DNA of 64,000 bases. Source: Cenococcum geophilum. Lineage: Eukaryota. This document shows positions 50,406 through 63,648 of this stretch, one piece after another; within the stretch, counting starts at the first letter, position 1, and each line of letters starts with the position of its first letter. The stretch is taken from contig CP158635.1 in NCBI GenBank assembly GCA_050273025.1, positions 24,676,001-24,740,000 on the forward strand, read 5' to 3'. Under the pieces are notes generated by a model that searched no databases, had not been told where the DNA came from, and was given only the letters and a program-made list of their open reading frames with translations. Both the position numbers and the translations under genes were made by a program.

Positions 50406-51483
50406 TATAAGGGATATTATTGCGGTTACCTTGGGTTGCCCTTAGGACAACCCCCAGGCGCCCCTTAGATAATCGCCGGTCACGTGCTAAAGGCATATAC
50501 CCGTAGTATATAGTCTCTACAATCCCAAAGGCCTTACCTCCTTAAGGATTTATCTCTCTTACAAATCTATCCTATTCTACAATTGTGTCCTTATAGCCCC
50601 CTATCTACAAAGTCCCCTTATATTTAAATCCTTTCTACTCTATTTAAAAGGGCAGCTAGCTTAAAGACTAAATTTTTTATTTTTATTTTTATTTACGCCT
50701 ACTATCCTTTTTTTAAAAAAATCTTATAATAACCTATATAGACACTCTATAAATACCTTATAAAAAGCCATTGTATTAAGGTAGGAAGGTCCCTCTAATA
50801 GTAAGAGATTGCAATAATATAAACCTTTAAGGAGACGGCTAAATAAGTCTTAATACCTAAATATACTAGGAGTTTAAAGACTCTTATATACCTATAGTTA
50901 CCATTAAGAAGAATATAGATACCCTTTATAACGGTTATAATACTACTAAAAAGTAACTAGAATCCCTTTAGCCCTACCTAGGCTAATTAAAGGATTAAGC
51001 GCTAGAGGTAACTCTAAGATCTTTCCCTAAGCTAAAATACCTATAAAAAAAATACATTAATGCGTCTAATTAGGGACCTAACTAAAACCCTCCTAAAAGG
51101 CCACTAGCCTATAATTAGTATAGTAGTAATATATAAACTACTTATAAGCTAAGCAGGCTTATCTATTTAGGGAACTTAACCTAAATACTAACTTAAGACC
51201 TAAGGCTTATTAGGAAGTCCGCACTAGCTACTAGTATTAATATTACCTCTATAGTAGGAGCTTTTTTAGGCCTAAGTTTAGAAGGTTAAGAGCCCTATAC
51301 TAATCTCCTTTAAAATAGATATTAGGAAGCTATTATAAGGCTCTTAAAAGCTATAGAGGAGAGAGCTTCTAATAAATATATTAGAACTCTTTAAGGGCAA
51401 ATTTATATTTAGTAGGGTTTAATCTAAGCTAGATAAATTCTTTTATAACTTAGCTAAGGCTAAGGGCTTTTTAGGAGCTATTT
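50406..51483 (+). mobile_element. Truncated Gypsy-type element E: 5' LTR 50406-50622 plus degenerate internal sequence
   Basis: The LTR is the reverse complement of solo LTR 58632-58848. It is followed by TTTAAATCCTT, as in element D. Confidence 0.75.
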
Positions 51484-52484
51484 TATTACGGACCTTATAT
51501 CGGTAGTAGTACGATTACTAAAAAAGAGATATAAATAGGTTAGTTAAGATAGTATAGGAGGCGCTAGAACCAATTAAGCTATAGGATAAGGGGTAGCCGA
51601 GTTATATAGCTAGTTACGTTATAAGTTTGGAACGTAGGAACGTAGGAACGTAGGAACGCGACGTATTAATATACTAACGTACTAACATACTAAACCATTT
51701 ACTATAGGAAGGAGTTATATATTTAAGGACACACGGTCTCTATAAATGGTTTCTCTTCTTTATAGTAAGTCTTAAAATATAATTAGAGTTAATTTATTAG
51801 GTAACTACTCCACTAGTTATATTTACATTATTGACTATTCTATACCTATATACTAGGTGTATTAATAAGTCTACTATAGTTCCTACTACAAGGCTTCGTT
51901 ATATATTTACTACTAAGGTTATAGTAAAAAAAGTTAAATAATATGCTACTAAAAGTAGTAGCTATAATAGTATTAACGGCAGCGACTATATTAGGATTAA
52001 GTAATAATACTAGTATAGCAGATACTAACTCTTAGCTAGTTACCGTTAGATAGCTATAAGAAATAGTTAATTAATTAACAGATAATAATAGGATACTTAA
52101 AGAAAGGATTAATGGGATTAGAGCAGCTAAGGTTAAGTTACCCTTAATTAAGCGATTCTTAGAGGAGAAGTTAAAACTTAAAGGATTCCTTACGTAAATG
52201 CACTTTAAGGTTATATAGAAAGAGTAAAACTAGGAACGTCTATAGATTAAGTTGCTTACACAGAACTATTCTTAATAGGAAGAGTACTTAAGTAGTTTAA
52301 ACCTTACCTTATAGAGGTATAGAAACATAGCATAATAACTACTAACTAGAAGGTATAGTATATATTCTTAAGTTAGAGTAGGTTTATAGAACGCCTAATA
52401 CAGATATTTAAAGACCTAGAGGTAACTACTATAGTAGAAAAAAGCTTTAAAACCTAGTAAAAAGAACTTTAGTAATTAAATATA

Positions 52485-52967
52485 ATAATAATAATTCTTC
52501 TTTGATTAACGTCTGATACGGATGCTATCTAGCCCCACGCAGACTACTCCGTATACAAGGGAAAAGTAATATTGACGGGAAAAAACCCTTGCTGCTGGGG
52601 GGGAGGAAAAACCCTATGAGCCACCTCAGTAGGATGAAAAACCCCGATTTGCCATGTCCGTCCGTAGCGGCGGCCCTGCGGGCCTACGGCTACGTCCTGT
52701 CCTCCTTGGATGTTCGAACTCCTTAGGAACCACTGCTTCCTTCTCTAGCTTATCCAAAGCTAGGGTTCACTACGTCCCAGCTAGGCCTTGCTAATCGATT
52801 GCCGTACGGTCGTTTCCCATATCTTGACCACCCCCTGTATGCTATCTCCTATAACCATTGCGTTGCCATATACGCCTTGCCTCCCCCCCCCTAGAGCCAC
52901 CGAAGGCGTAAGGGGGATTCATCCGTTCTAACCACCGTAATACTAATAAGCGAGCGGGATATGTTGT
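52485..52967 (-). mobile_element. 483-bp non-LTR retroelement (SINE or 5'-truncated LINE), 14-bp TSD AGTAATTAAATATA
   Basis: TSD at 52471-52484 and 52968-52981, (TTA)n tail, and a 3' end homologous to the LINE 3' end at 31699-31743. Confidence 0.88.
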
Positions 52968-54828
52968 AGTAATTAAATATATAATATAGTTTTAGATATT
53001 AGTAATATAAGTTAAATAGAATAATAAGGCGCTTATAGCATAGTATAAGTAAGGACTTAAAGTAAAAGTTTAGGACGTAATTATCCTAATAGAAGATATG
53101 GATACTCTTAGGGATTTAATTAATTAAGCAATTAAGATTAATAATAGGATCTACTAAAGAGAGTAGACTAAGAAGGGTTAAAATAGAGTTCTATAGTTAT
53201 ATAAGGCGCAAAGTATATAATAATAAAGTTAAAACTAGAAACTATGGTATAGCGTAGAGCTAATAAACCTAAGCAGTACTAAAGAAAATAAGAAATAGAA
53301 TAAATAATTATAGAAACCCAGAGGATAAGGATTAAGTAATTAAAGGTCTAAAAAGCAGAGGTTAAACTAGGGATCTTAGCAGCAGAAGATATTTAGGCGG
53401 ACTCTATAGCAAGAAAAATAGTTTAAAAAAGGAGCTTATATAAATTGCAGAAAATAAGGTTATTTTATTAGAGACTATAGAAGTAGGTAAAGTTACTATA
53501 TAGTAAAAGGAATAAGACTAGTAGACGATATATATATATAAAGGGATAATAATATGCTACGAGGAATAAAAGAGTGTTTAATTAAAAGTTTTACATTTTA
53601 TTATAATAACGCATGCTAAGTTTATAAAGACGTTAAGTATAGCTTAAGCTATTGGCTATAGAAGCCAAAATTAATAGAGTTTAGAGGAACTAATAAACTA
53701 TCTTATAGATTAAATATTAAGGACAATAAATTTAATATAGGCGAAATATTTAGTAATAATAAAGTAATAAGGGCAGCTTACTAGGAGTATATAGACCTTA
53801 GAGATATTATAAAAAAGGTAAAGAATAATTCTACTATAGAACAGGGAATATTAGTAGGGATTAAGACCCTACTAGATATAATATCTATTGCTTTATAAGA
53901 TGTAAAAGAAGTAAAATAGCGAACTACTTTGGCACTTAATAAAGGTAAAAGGCTAAAGGCTTAAGATTCTTAGGAAGAGATAAGAGACGCTTAAGATTCT
54001 TAAGATAAGATAAGATACGCTTAAGGACCTATAATAGACAATAACTAATAGAGTAGAGTAACGGCTTAGTTTAGTAATATATAAATAAGCTCAGGACGAA
54101 GTTTCCTAAAGGCATAAGATTCTTAAGATAAGATAAGTAAGATTTAAGACTTTTAAGATAAGATAAGAACACTATAAAGGCCTAGTTAAACTAAGGCTGG
54201 AGCTAAGCTTAAGAAAGAAGTAAGCTTAGGATTAAGAATCCTATAGGACTAAGACTTCTAGACGTAAATAAGGACTATTAAATAAACTAAAATTAAGACT
54301 TTAAGGATCTACTTATAAGGCAAAAACCAAAAGAAAATATAGAGAAATTTAGATAAAGAATCCTCGTATAGTAAGAATAAAGGCTAGATTAGAGAACTAG
54401 TATACTAGGTTATATAAGAGATAGAGCACTAGTATAAAGAATTACTAATAGGCCTAGGGTAGGCACGCTAAGAGTTAAGTAGCTTACTAAACTGGAAGAT
54501 AAAGAGGATTTAGGAATCCTTACTAGGTTTAAGAAATAATATATAAAAGGCTATTATAATATAGTAATAAGAAGATATTTCCTTATAGATAAGCTATATA
54601 TACTCCAGTAGCTATACTAAAAGTAGTATAGGCAAAAGTATAATAATAAGTGGGAAGATTTCTATATATAGTTAGATAAGCAAGTTATTTAGGACCACCC
54701 TATTACTAAAAAGGCTATAACTTATATTAAGGGAGCCTTAATTATAATATTAAAGGATCTAGAGGAATAATTAGAGGACTAAAGAAGCGAGAGGTATATC
54801 TTAGTACCTATAAATAAAGTTATAACGT

Positions 54829-57800
54829 TATAAGGTAAGGATGTGGATAGGGAGTCCAATGATAGAACAATAGGGTATATTGTACAGTAGACGAATCCTT
54901 AAGGGAGAAGGAGGAGTCTAAGTTGCGAGGTAAGGGGTTTCTATAAGCACGTGCAGCGCACGTGCCTTATAGGCGGGTCGCCTGTACCTCGCAGCTATAT
55001 AGCTATCTACTTAGGTTTCACCTAACAATGCCCCCCCCTTTAAAAAGGGTTATCCCCAATCCTTTATATGCTTAGGCCTCGATAAAACCCTATAAAAACC
55101 TTTAGAAGGAAAAAATTGGAAGGGAAAGAGCGTCCTGATTTTGCGCATAGAGAGACAGGTGGTATACTTACGCGGCGTAAAGATGTTAAGGAACTTTAAC
55201 CGCCAGTTAAAGTTGTCTAATTAGTTAGATTTGGCTTGCCAAGACTTCCCTATATTTTACTAAGCTAATAGCGATTTTATATACCCGGTATAGAAAATCC
55301 TAATTAGTCTATTTAATAGGTAGAGCTAGTAGCTTAATACTATTACCCGAATTTGGTAGATATATTCCAAAAGTTCGCTTACGTAGGCAGGTCGCTAGTA
55401 CCTTACGGGTAGGTCGTAGGTTATTTACATACAGCTAGATTTAGGATAGTAAGGCTATATACCCGTTAAATCCGCCGCTAACCCTACTTTAGCCTTACAC
55501 TATACCGGCGTAGCGCCGTATATACTTCGCGGGTAGGTTATAGGTTACTTATATACGGCTAGATTTAGAACGGTAAGGCCATATGCCTATTAAACCCGCC
55601 GTTAAACCTTGCTTTAGCCTTACGCGTTATCTATATAATATATACATAAAATAGTATATAAGTTATCTGTATAGGTTACTACTAGTAGGTCACTAGTAGG
55701 TTATAGACCCCAGTTAAAGGACCCCAGTTATAGACGGGTGTAGGACAATATAAGTTATTGGTATAGGTCACTACTAATAGGTTACTAGCGGGTCGAAGAC
55801 CCTAGTTAAAGGACCTTAGTTATAGACGGACCTGTTTGGTATAAGTCGTCGGTATAAGTCACTACCAGCAGGTTACTAGCGGGTCGTAGACCCCAGTTAA
55901 AGGACCCCGGTCTTAGACGGACCTATTACCTAATATATAAACAGTCTATAAAGGTAGTATAGAGTAACGGACTAGGTCTAGGCCTAGGAGAGTACTTTTT
56001 AATTGCTTTAGGGTCACTAGTAATACACTATAGCCTTATTTACAAGTCGCCTATAAGTCGCCAGGTTGCGGTAGAGTGTGGCTTATATAGGATATTAATA
56101 AATTAAGCTTTACCCCGTATATATACCGCAACTCTTACTATAAGCGTTAGCTTATTCCTTAATCCCTTAGGATATCCTCTACCTTTTTTTAATATAGGCT
56201 GTGTCTTAGCAGTAGTAGCGCTTGTCTTTTACTTACGCTTTAGCGCTAGGCTTATATAGGGGCCTTAAGGGCTGCAGCTCACTATAAGGTGTATAGCGGT
56301 GCGATTTAAGCGTTAGTAGGTATTGTAGTACCTAGGTATTTATAGAGGTCCTTAGTAAGACTAAACCTTATTATACTTTAGGAGTCCTTAAGTGTTGCCA
56401 GTAGGAACTTACCCCTAGGTAGTTGCGTATGGAGCGTGTAAAGGCGTCCCTTATAGATGGACTAGTAACTTAGGGGTATTCCATAAGCCGTTTTAGCTAC
56501 AGTAGCTACTACTACTATTGCTATAGCACGAGACTCTACGCGAAGTTAGTGCTAGTGAAGTAACTTATAGGGTTGTTATGGGGGACCGTTGCCTAGGCTA
56601 AGGGTCTAGCGCTATTAGGTTAGTTAAAGTCTTAATAAAAATAGTAGGATACTCTAGTCCACTGGCGCTAGGTTGTTAGTATAGTAGCACCAGGACCGCC
56701 TATAAGGTCTATAACCCGTAACTTTTATATAGCGTTAAGGGTTGATTTGGCACCTATTATTATATTAAGCACGTAGGCGGACTTTACCCTAGGGCGTATC
56801 TATTGTAATATGTACCACAATGCATTCCCTTTCTCCCTATCTAGTATTAGGTCGCGATGCGCCTATATAAGGTATGCGTTTAAGGGTATACGGTATCTAA
56901 ATCTTTAGGCTTATATATAGGTTATTAGTATAGGTTACTACTAGTGGGTTATTAGCGGGTTATAAACCCTAGTTAAAGGACCCCGGTTATAGACGGACCT
57001 ATTTAGTATAAGTCGTTGGTGTAGGTTACTACTAGTAGGTTACTAGCGGGTTAAAGGACCCTAGTTAAAGGACCTTGGTTACGGACGGGCCTACTACCTA
57101 ATAGTTAGGCATTATTTATAGCGGTTTACCGCTAGTATTCTTTACAATTACTACCTATGTTCTTTTTGCGATGCGTAGGCGTATCGCTAGTGTCTAGGGG
57201 GTCCTCTAAGCCATCTAGCTGTTAAGTAGTCTCCCCTAGAGCTTAGTTGGGAAAGCGTTACCTTTTTAGGGTTCTATTCTCTAAACCTAACCCTGCGGAG
57301 CCTATACTATAACCGCGCTTTAGGTGTAAGGATCTGCTATTATTAGCTGCGCGGTCTTCCGCGAGCTTTATAGTGTTAAGCAATTACTCTATATAGCGGA
57401 TTTCTGCGAAGAGGTCCTTAGCGGTTTTTACCCGTATAGCGAAGTTCTAGCGGAAGAGCTCTGCTTATAGGTAGGTCGGGAGATATAAGAACTAAAAGTC
57501 TACCTGCTAATTAGGGTCGACAAAAGGGGTGTATAAGAAGAGGTCCTCTAAGCTACGCATACGGGCTAAGAAGGTATTAAACTTTTGGTTTTCCTTTATT
57601 ACAGTTATATAGTATATAGTAGTATTTGTAAAGCGTCTTATTATAGGGTTCTTGATCTGGTCTTAGACTATAGTCTTAAGTTCGTCCTATAGTAGAGGAC
57701 CCTTATCTTTAGCGCCTAGGCGGCGATGTACTAGTTAGGCGACTATCTTTTCTTTTATAAGACCTTTAATGGCCTAGCGCGTACGTTACTTGCAGTTATA

Positions 57801-58519
57801 GTTAGCGTTATTAATCTCGAATTAATTCTTAATTGCGGCAATCCATTAGTTAAACTTCTGTTAAGTAGTGCCACTAATATTAGGCGGTGACTTCTTAACT
57901 AGGGCGTTAAGATTTGTTCGTTATATACGTTCGCTGCGCGACTTATACTCTTTACTAGAGGGGCAATAGGAGGTTAAATTAATAATGCTTCGTAAGTTAG
58001 CTATTTTCTTAGCCAGCTTATCTAGCTCCTTTAGGTTAGCAGTATTTAGTAGGACGTTGGTAACCTTACTAAGCTCCTATTAAGCCTAGGTATATAAGTT
58101 AAACTAGTCTTTAGTGTTTGTAAATATCTAATCGTCTTGAGATTCGGAAGGTCGCGTAGATTCTGCTAATGTGCTTCTAGCACTAGATCCTAAGGCGTTC
58201 TGCAGTCGTGTCGCCAGCATGTCGCCGTTAAGTGCAGGCGTCGATCTTGTCTTCGGAGGCATTGTGGATCGTAGAAAATTAAACCAGCTATCCTTTTAAA
58301 GGGATTAGTAAGGATTTAAATGTGAGGTAAGGATGTGGATAGGGAGTCTAATAATAGAACAATAGGGTATATTATACAGTAGACGAATTCTTAAGGGAGA
58401 AGGAGGAGTTTAAGATGCAAGGTAAGGGGTTTCTATAAGTATGTGTAGCGTACGTACCTTATAGGAGGGTCGCCTATACCTCGCAGCTATATAGCTATCT
58501 ACTTAGGTTTTACCTAACA
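54829..58519 (-). mobile_element. Non-autonomous LTR element D (3.7 kb; LTRs 54829-55027 and 58321-58519; TSD AACGT); gag-like ORF, no RT or integrase seen
   Basis: 199-bp LTRs, with AACGT at 54824-54828 and 58520-58524. G-run polypurine tract at ~55031-55040. ORF starts MPPKTRSTP at 58262. Confidence 0.88.
55658..55924. repeat. Tandem repeat, ~3 x 91 bp, inside D (two more copies at ~56917-57093)
   Basis: Recurring unit ...GGTCACTACTAGCAGGTTACTAGCGGGTCGTAGACCCCAGTTAAAGGACCCCGGTTATAGACGG... Confidence 0.85.
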
Positions 58520-58631
58520 AACGTTTAGATTAATATAGTAAAGGTTTAAACTTAAAGATAAAAATAAGTTAAAAGTTAACCTAAAGTACCTAGTATATTA
58601 TACGCTATTATAAATCGTATATATAGATAAT

Positions 58632-58848
58632 TATAAGGGGATCTTATAGATAGGAGGCTATAAGGACACGATTGTGGAATAGGATAAATTAGTAAGAGAG
58701 ACGAATCCTTAAGGAGGTAAGGCCTCTAGGATTGTGGAGACTATATACTACGGGCACGTACCTCTAGTACATAACTGGCGACTATCTAAGGGGCGTCTAA
58801 GGGTTGTCCTAAGGGCAACCTAAGGTGACCGCAATAATATCCCTTACA
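58632..58848 (-). repeat. Solo LTR of family E (217 bp), TSD ATAAT
   Basis: ATAAT at 58627-58631 and 58849-58853. Matches 50406-50622. Confidence 0.92.
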
Positions 58849-61800
58849 ATAATATATATAAAATGCATAAAAATCCAAAAGAAAAGAATTAGAAGTACCC
58901 TATAAGAATATATTAGGCGCTAAATAAGCGATAGTATAGGAATGCTAAGCATATATATAGATAGCATCTAATAGAAGTTTAGGAGTTAGAAAACTTAACA
59001 CTTTAACTAGAAAGATTTTTTATAGAAGAATACTTAGACAAATAATAGTAGTAGGAATGCTTAAAGAATACGTGTCTATACTATATAGAGGATAAAAAGC
59101 GAACTAGGTATTAGCTAAAGAGCAAGCTAAGTATATAAGAATTAAGCAGCTAATAGTTAGGAAAAGTAAAGGCCTATAAAACTAGAGGGAGCTAATAGTA
59201 AAGCCTTAGACCCTTAAAGGAATTTAAGGACAATACCTAAATTTATAAGTTAATTAGTAAGATTAATAGTTTAAAGTACTAATAGATAGTAAAGTAATGA
59301 GAAACTATATCTTATTAGCTGTAGTTAAGAAAATAGAATTACCTTATAAATAAAAGGAATAACCTTACCTATTAGTTATAATTTTAGAAGATCTAATAAC
59401 CTATAGAGGAGGGATTATTAACCTTAAAATAGGACCTATTTAGATAACCATTAAAGGAAGATAAATTAAGATATCTTTTAATATTCTACTATTAGGACGG
59501 GATAAGGTAGTATTAGAAATACTTTAGTTATAGGAATATAATCTAAAGATTAATTAGATTATAGGTTAGGTTAATATTAAGGATACTTAATAATATAAGA
59601 TACAATAGTAGATTAAGTTAGCATAGTACTAAGTTAGAGTAATATATAAAGAGACTAAGCAAGGCTTGAGTTATATACTAAAGAGATACTATAAGTATAG
59701 CAAAAAGCTATAGAGCCTAAAAAGTAAAAAGCTGGTAAATTATATAGTATAGGATTATAAGATAGAGTTAGAACTAAGAATAAGTCTAAGGTTCTTTCTA
59801 ACCTATAAGCTTACTTAAGTAAAGTTAAGAGCACTTAAAGAGTTTGTTTAAGAGAACTTATAAAAGGGATATATTAGACTATTATAGTTATTAGTAGGAT
59901 ATCTAGTATTATTCGTACTAAAGAAGAACGGAAAACTTAGGCTATATATTAACTATAGATAGTTAAATAGTATTACTTAAAAGGATAAGTATTTTTTATC
60001 CTTAATTAGCGAAATTTATAATTAGATAGGTAATGCGTAAATCTTTATAAAGATATATCTAAAATAGGCGTACTATTAGATTAGAATTAAGGAAGGCAAT
60101 AAATAAAAGGCAGTTTTATGTTAAAGGAAGGACTATATAAACCATTAGTTATATAATTCGGATTAATAAATATACCTACGATATTCCAGAAATGAATTAA
60201 TAGTATATTAGGAGAATACCTTAATAAGTTTATTATGGTATACCTTAACGACATTATTATCTACTTAATAACTAAGGAAGAATATAGGGAATATATTAAA
60301 TAGGTCTTAAGGAGACTATAAAAAGAATAAATGCTAGTAGCAATTAAGAAATACGAGTTCTTTATAAGGAAGACCAATTTTATTAAATTAAGTTATATTA
60401 GTATAGACCTAAAAAAGATTAAAGCTATAGTAAGTTAGTAAGAATTAGAAAATATAACGTAGTTAAGGTTATTTTTAGGGTTTTACAATTACTATAGGAG
60501 ATTTATAGTATAGTGGTTAAAGACTATTAAACCATTTACTAGGCTTATAAAGAAAGAGGAACTATAGACATAGGAAGAAAAGTAAAAAAAGTTATTTAAA
60601 GAACTTAAGAAGTTATTTACCTAGGAGCTAATCCTTAAAATTTATTAACTAGGACTAGATACGGTTATAGAAACGGATATATTAGACTTTATACTAGGAG
60701 TATATTTACTATAGAAATATATAGCACCCAGTAGTATACTATAGTCGAAAGATAATACTATTAAAGTTAAACTATAACATCTATAACAAGGAGTTATTAG
60801 ATATAGTTACAGTACTTAAAAAATAGAGAGTATTCTTATAAGGCGTAAAGAAACTATTTATAGTTAAGATAGATTATAAAAACCTAACGAGGTTCCTAAT
60901 AATAAAAGAACTTAATTAAAGATAGGTTAGATAGGTAGAGATGCTTATAGAATACTATTTTAAGATTTAGTATACTAAAGGAACTAAAAATGTAAGAGCA
61001 GATGCGCTAAGTAAAAAGGCTAAATTATAGAATAATAAGAAACTATTAGGAGTAATACTACGTAGAGATAAGGATGAATTAATTAGATATAATCACCCTA
61101 AGCTAGTAGTAACTTAAGAAGATAATAAACTAGAAAGAGTCTACAAGACACTAGAGAGCTTTTAGGTATAGAGAATTCTAGAAGTATAGTTAGAAGATCT
61201 ATAGATAAATATATATAAGAACTAAAAAGCGAAGTATATCCTAAAGAGTATAGCAGAGTATTTTATAGAAGATTTCTATTAGGGAATAACTTAAGGACAT
61301 AATAGAGTAATAGGTTTAGTATTAAGACTTTTAAAAATATATATTATTAACGGAATCTAAGGTATAGCTAAAAAAAGTAATAAAAGAGTGTTTAGATTAC
61401 TAAAGGAATAAACTAATAAGGTATAAGCTATACGGAGGGTTACAACCTATTAAAATACTAGAGAGACTATAGGAGGTTATATTATAGGACTTTATTATTA
61501 AGTTACTAAAGTTAGGAGATCCTATTACCAAATAGGAGTATAATATAATCTTAGTAATAGTAGACAAGTTAACTAAATAGGGCTACTTTATAGCATATAT
61601 AGAAGAAATCTTAGCGGAAGATATCGCTAGAAACTATATTAAGGAAGTATTTATAAGATATAGAGTATTAAGTAAAATTATATTAGATAGAGATCTAAGA
61701 TTTATAACAGTATTTTAAAAGGTATTCTTAGCGGAATAAGAAGTTAGAGTAGTAACTTTTATTATATATTATCCGCAGACAGATAGATAAATAGAAAGAT

Positions 61801-62559
61801 TAAATTAGACACTAGAACAGTATCTAAGGCATTATATTAATTATGCATAAAATAATTAGGTATTATTATTACTAGTTATATAGTTTATATATAATATAAT
61901 ACTATAAGAAGAAATAGGTATATTACTATTTAAGGCAAATTATAGATATAAGCTAAGAATATTATTATTACTATAGTAAGTAAAGAAAATAAGTAGTATA
62001 GCTAAAGAAAGAATAAAGATACTAATAAATCTTTATATAGACCTTATAGACTTAGTAAAAAAGGTATAAGAAAGAATAAAAAGGTACTATAATACTAAGA
62101 AATCTAAGGGACTAAATCTTAAGGAGGGGGATAAAGTATAGCTACTATATAAAAATTTTAATAGTTAACAACTAAGTAAAAAATTAGATTATATTAGATT
62201 AGGACCTTTTAAAATTATATAAAAGATTTTACTAGTTATATTTAAGTTAAACCTACTAGCTAAGATAAAGATCTACTCTATATAGTATATTATAATACTT
62301 AAACTAGTATACGGGAATATTAAACCACTAATTTATAAAGTAGACATATATAGAGGATAAGAAGAAGATAAATAGCAAGTTTTAAAGATCGTTAGTTATA
62401 AGGACATTAACAATAAAATATAGTATAAGGTTAAGTAGATAGGCTATAATAAAACTACCTAGAAATTACTATAGAATTTAAAAAATGCTATAAAAAAGGT
62501 ATAAAAGTATTAGAGAAAAACGGGTTAAGTAATATTAAGAAGAAGCTAAAGATAAAGGG

Positions 62560-63122
62560 ATTAGTTAAGGGTAATAGACAAGCCGGATTATCTAAGGGAT
62601 CTACTACTAGTATATTAGTTATTTCCGCCTCTTTAGCCTTAAGTTTAAATAGACCTTACTCTACTAAATAAAGCTCTTTTAAGCGTACCTTTTTATAAAC
62701 CTTTACTAGACGGCTTAGGCGAGTATAAGTATTTAGTTAAGCTTTTAGAACCTAAGATGCCTTATTAGAACAACGCTAAACCTTAGTAAGAGCCTTAGCC
62801 AGCTTACTCTTTAGTCTTTTAGCCGCTACTAATACGTATAACCTTAAAGTAGATTAAATAAGGAACTAGACAGTTATAAAAAATAATACAACATATATAC
62901 TTAGCATTAGAGATAGATTAAACGTTATAAAATAATTGTATATTTACTTATATATACTTAGTATAAGAAGAAGGTTAGTAACTAGACGGAGCTGTAATCG
63001 TAATATATACTAACTTCTTCTCTATATAATAAGAACAGGATAGTATAACTTTACTAAGCAATAGGATAAATATTACTAGCTAGTTATAATAGTTAGATAT
63101 AAAGGATCTAATAGGAGGTATT
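62560..63122 (-). pseudogene. Antisense Zn(II)2Cys6-like/coiled-coil ORF of family B copy 3 (3' end approximate)
   Basis: Starts (M)PPIRS. The first Cys survives as TGT. Differs from the copy at 15790 by a 27-bp in-frame indel. Confidence 0.65.
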
Positions 63123-63648
63123 AGAAATAATAAAGGTTATTAAATTAAAGACGGGAATGCTATACCTTTAATAGATGACTTAGAGATAGAAAATATCTTT
63201 AAGGATAAAGATAAAGAGGAAGGGGATGGTATTACGGACCTTATATTAGCAGTAGTATAACTACTAAGGATAGATATAAATAGGTTGGTTAAGATAGTAT
63301 AGGAGGCACTAGAACTAATTAAGCTATAAGATAAGAGGTAGCTAAGTTATATAGCTAGTTACGTTATAAGTTTAGAATATAGAAATGTAGGAATATAGGA
63401 ATGTAATATACTAATATACTAATATACTAACGTACTAAACCCTTTACTATAGGGAGGAGTTATATATTTAAGGACATATAGTCTCTATAAATAGTTTCTC
63501 TTTTTTATAATAAAATTTAAAATATAATTAGAGTTAATCTATTAGGTAACCACTCTACTAATTATATTTATATTGTTAACTATTCTATACCTATATACCT
63601 AACCTATTAATAAGTCTACTATAGTTCCTACTATAAGGCTTCGTTATA

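Larger units (their letters stand above)
51484..63648 (+). mobile_element. Gypsy/chromovirus family B, copy 3, two LTRs (51484-51903 and 63230-63648), carrying three insertions
   Basis: ~420-bp direct LTRs, gag ATG at ~51943, RT YLDD (TACCTTAACGAC) at 60241, integrase, chromodomain ~62370-62510 and polypurine tract GAGGAAGGGGA before 63230. Flanks TATTT/TAGAT do not match. Confidence 0.92.

Noticed and set aside
52610..52645. Hammerhead-like CTATGAG...GAAA in the short retroelement
   Set aside because: Lacks the CUGANGA core and convincing stems.
52709..52722. tRNA B-box-like GTTCGAACTCC
   Set aside because: Imperfect match, internal position, and no A box or cloverleaf seen.
55658..57093. 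Repeat arrays as CRISPR-like
   Set aside because: The units are contiguous without unique spacers, lie inside a fungal LTR element, and no cas genes are present.
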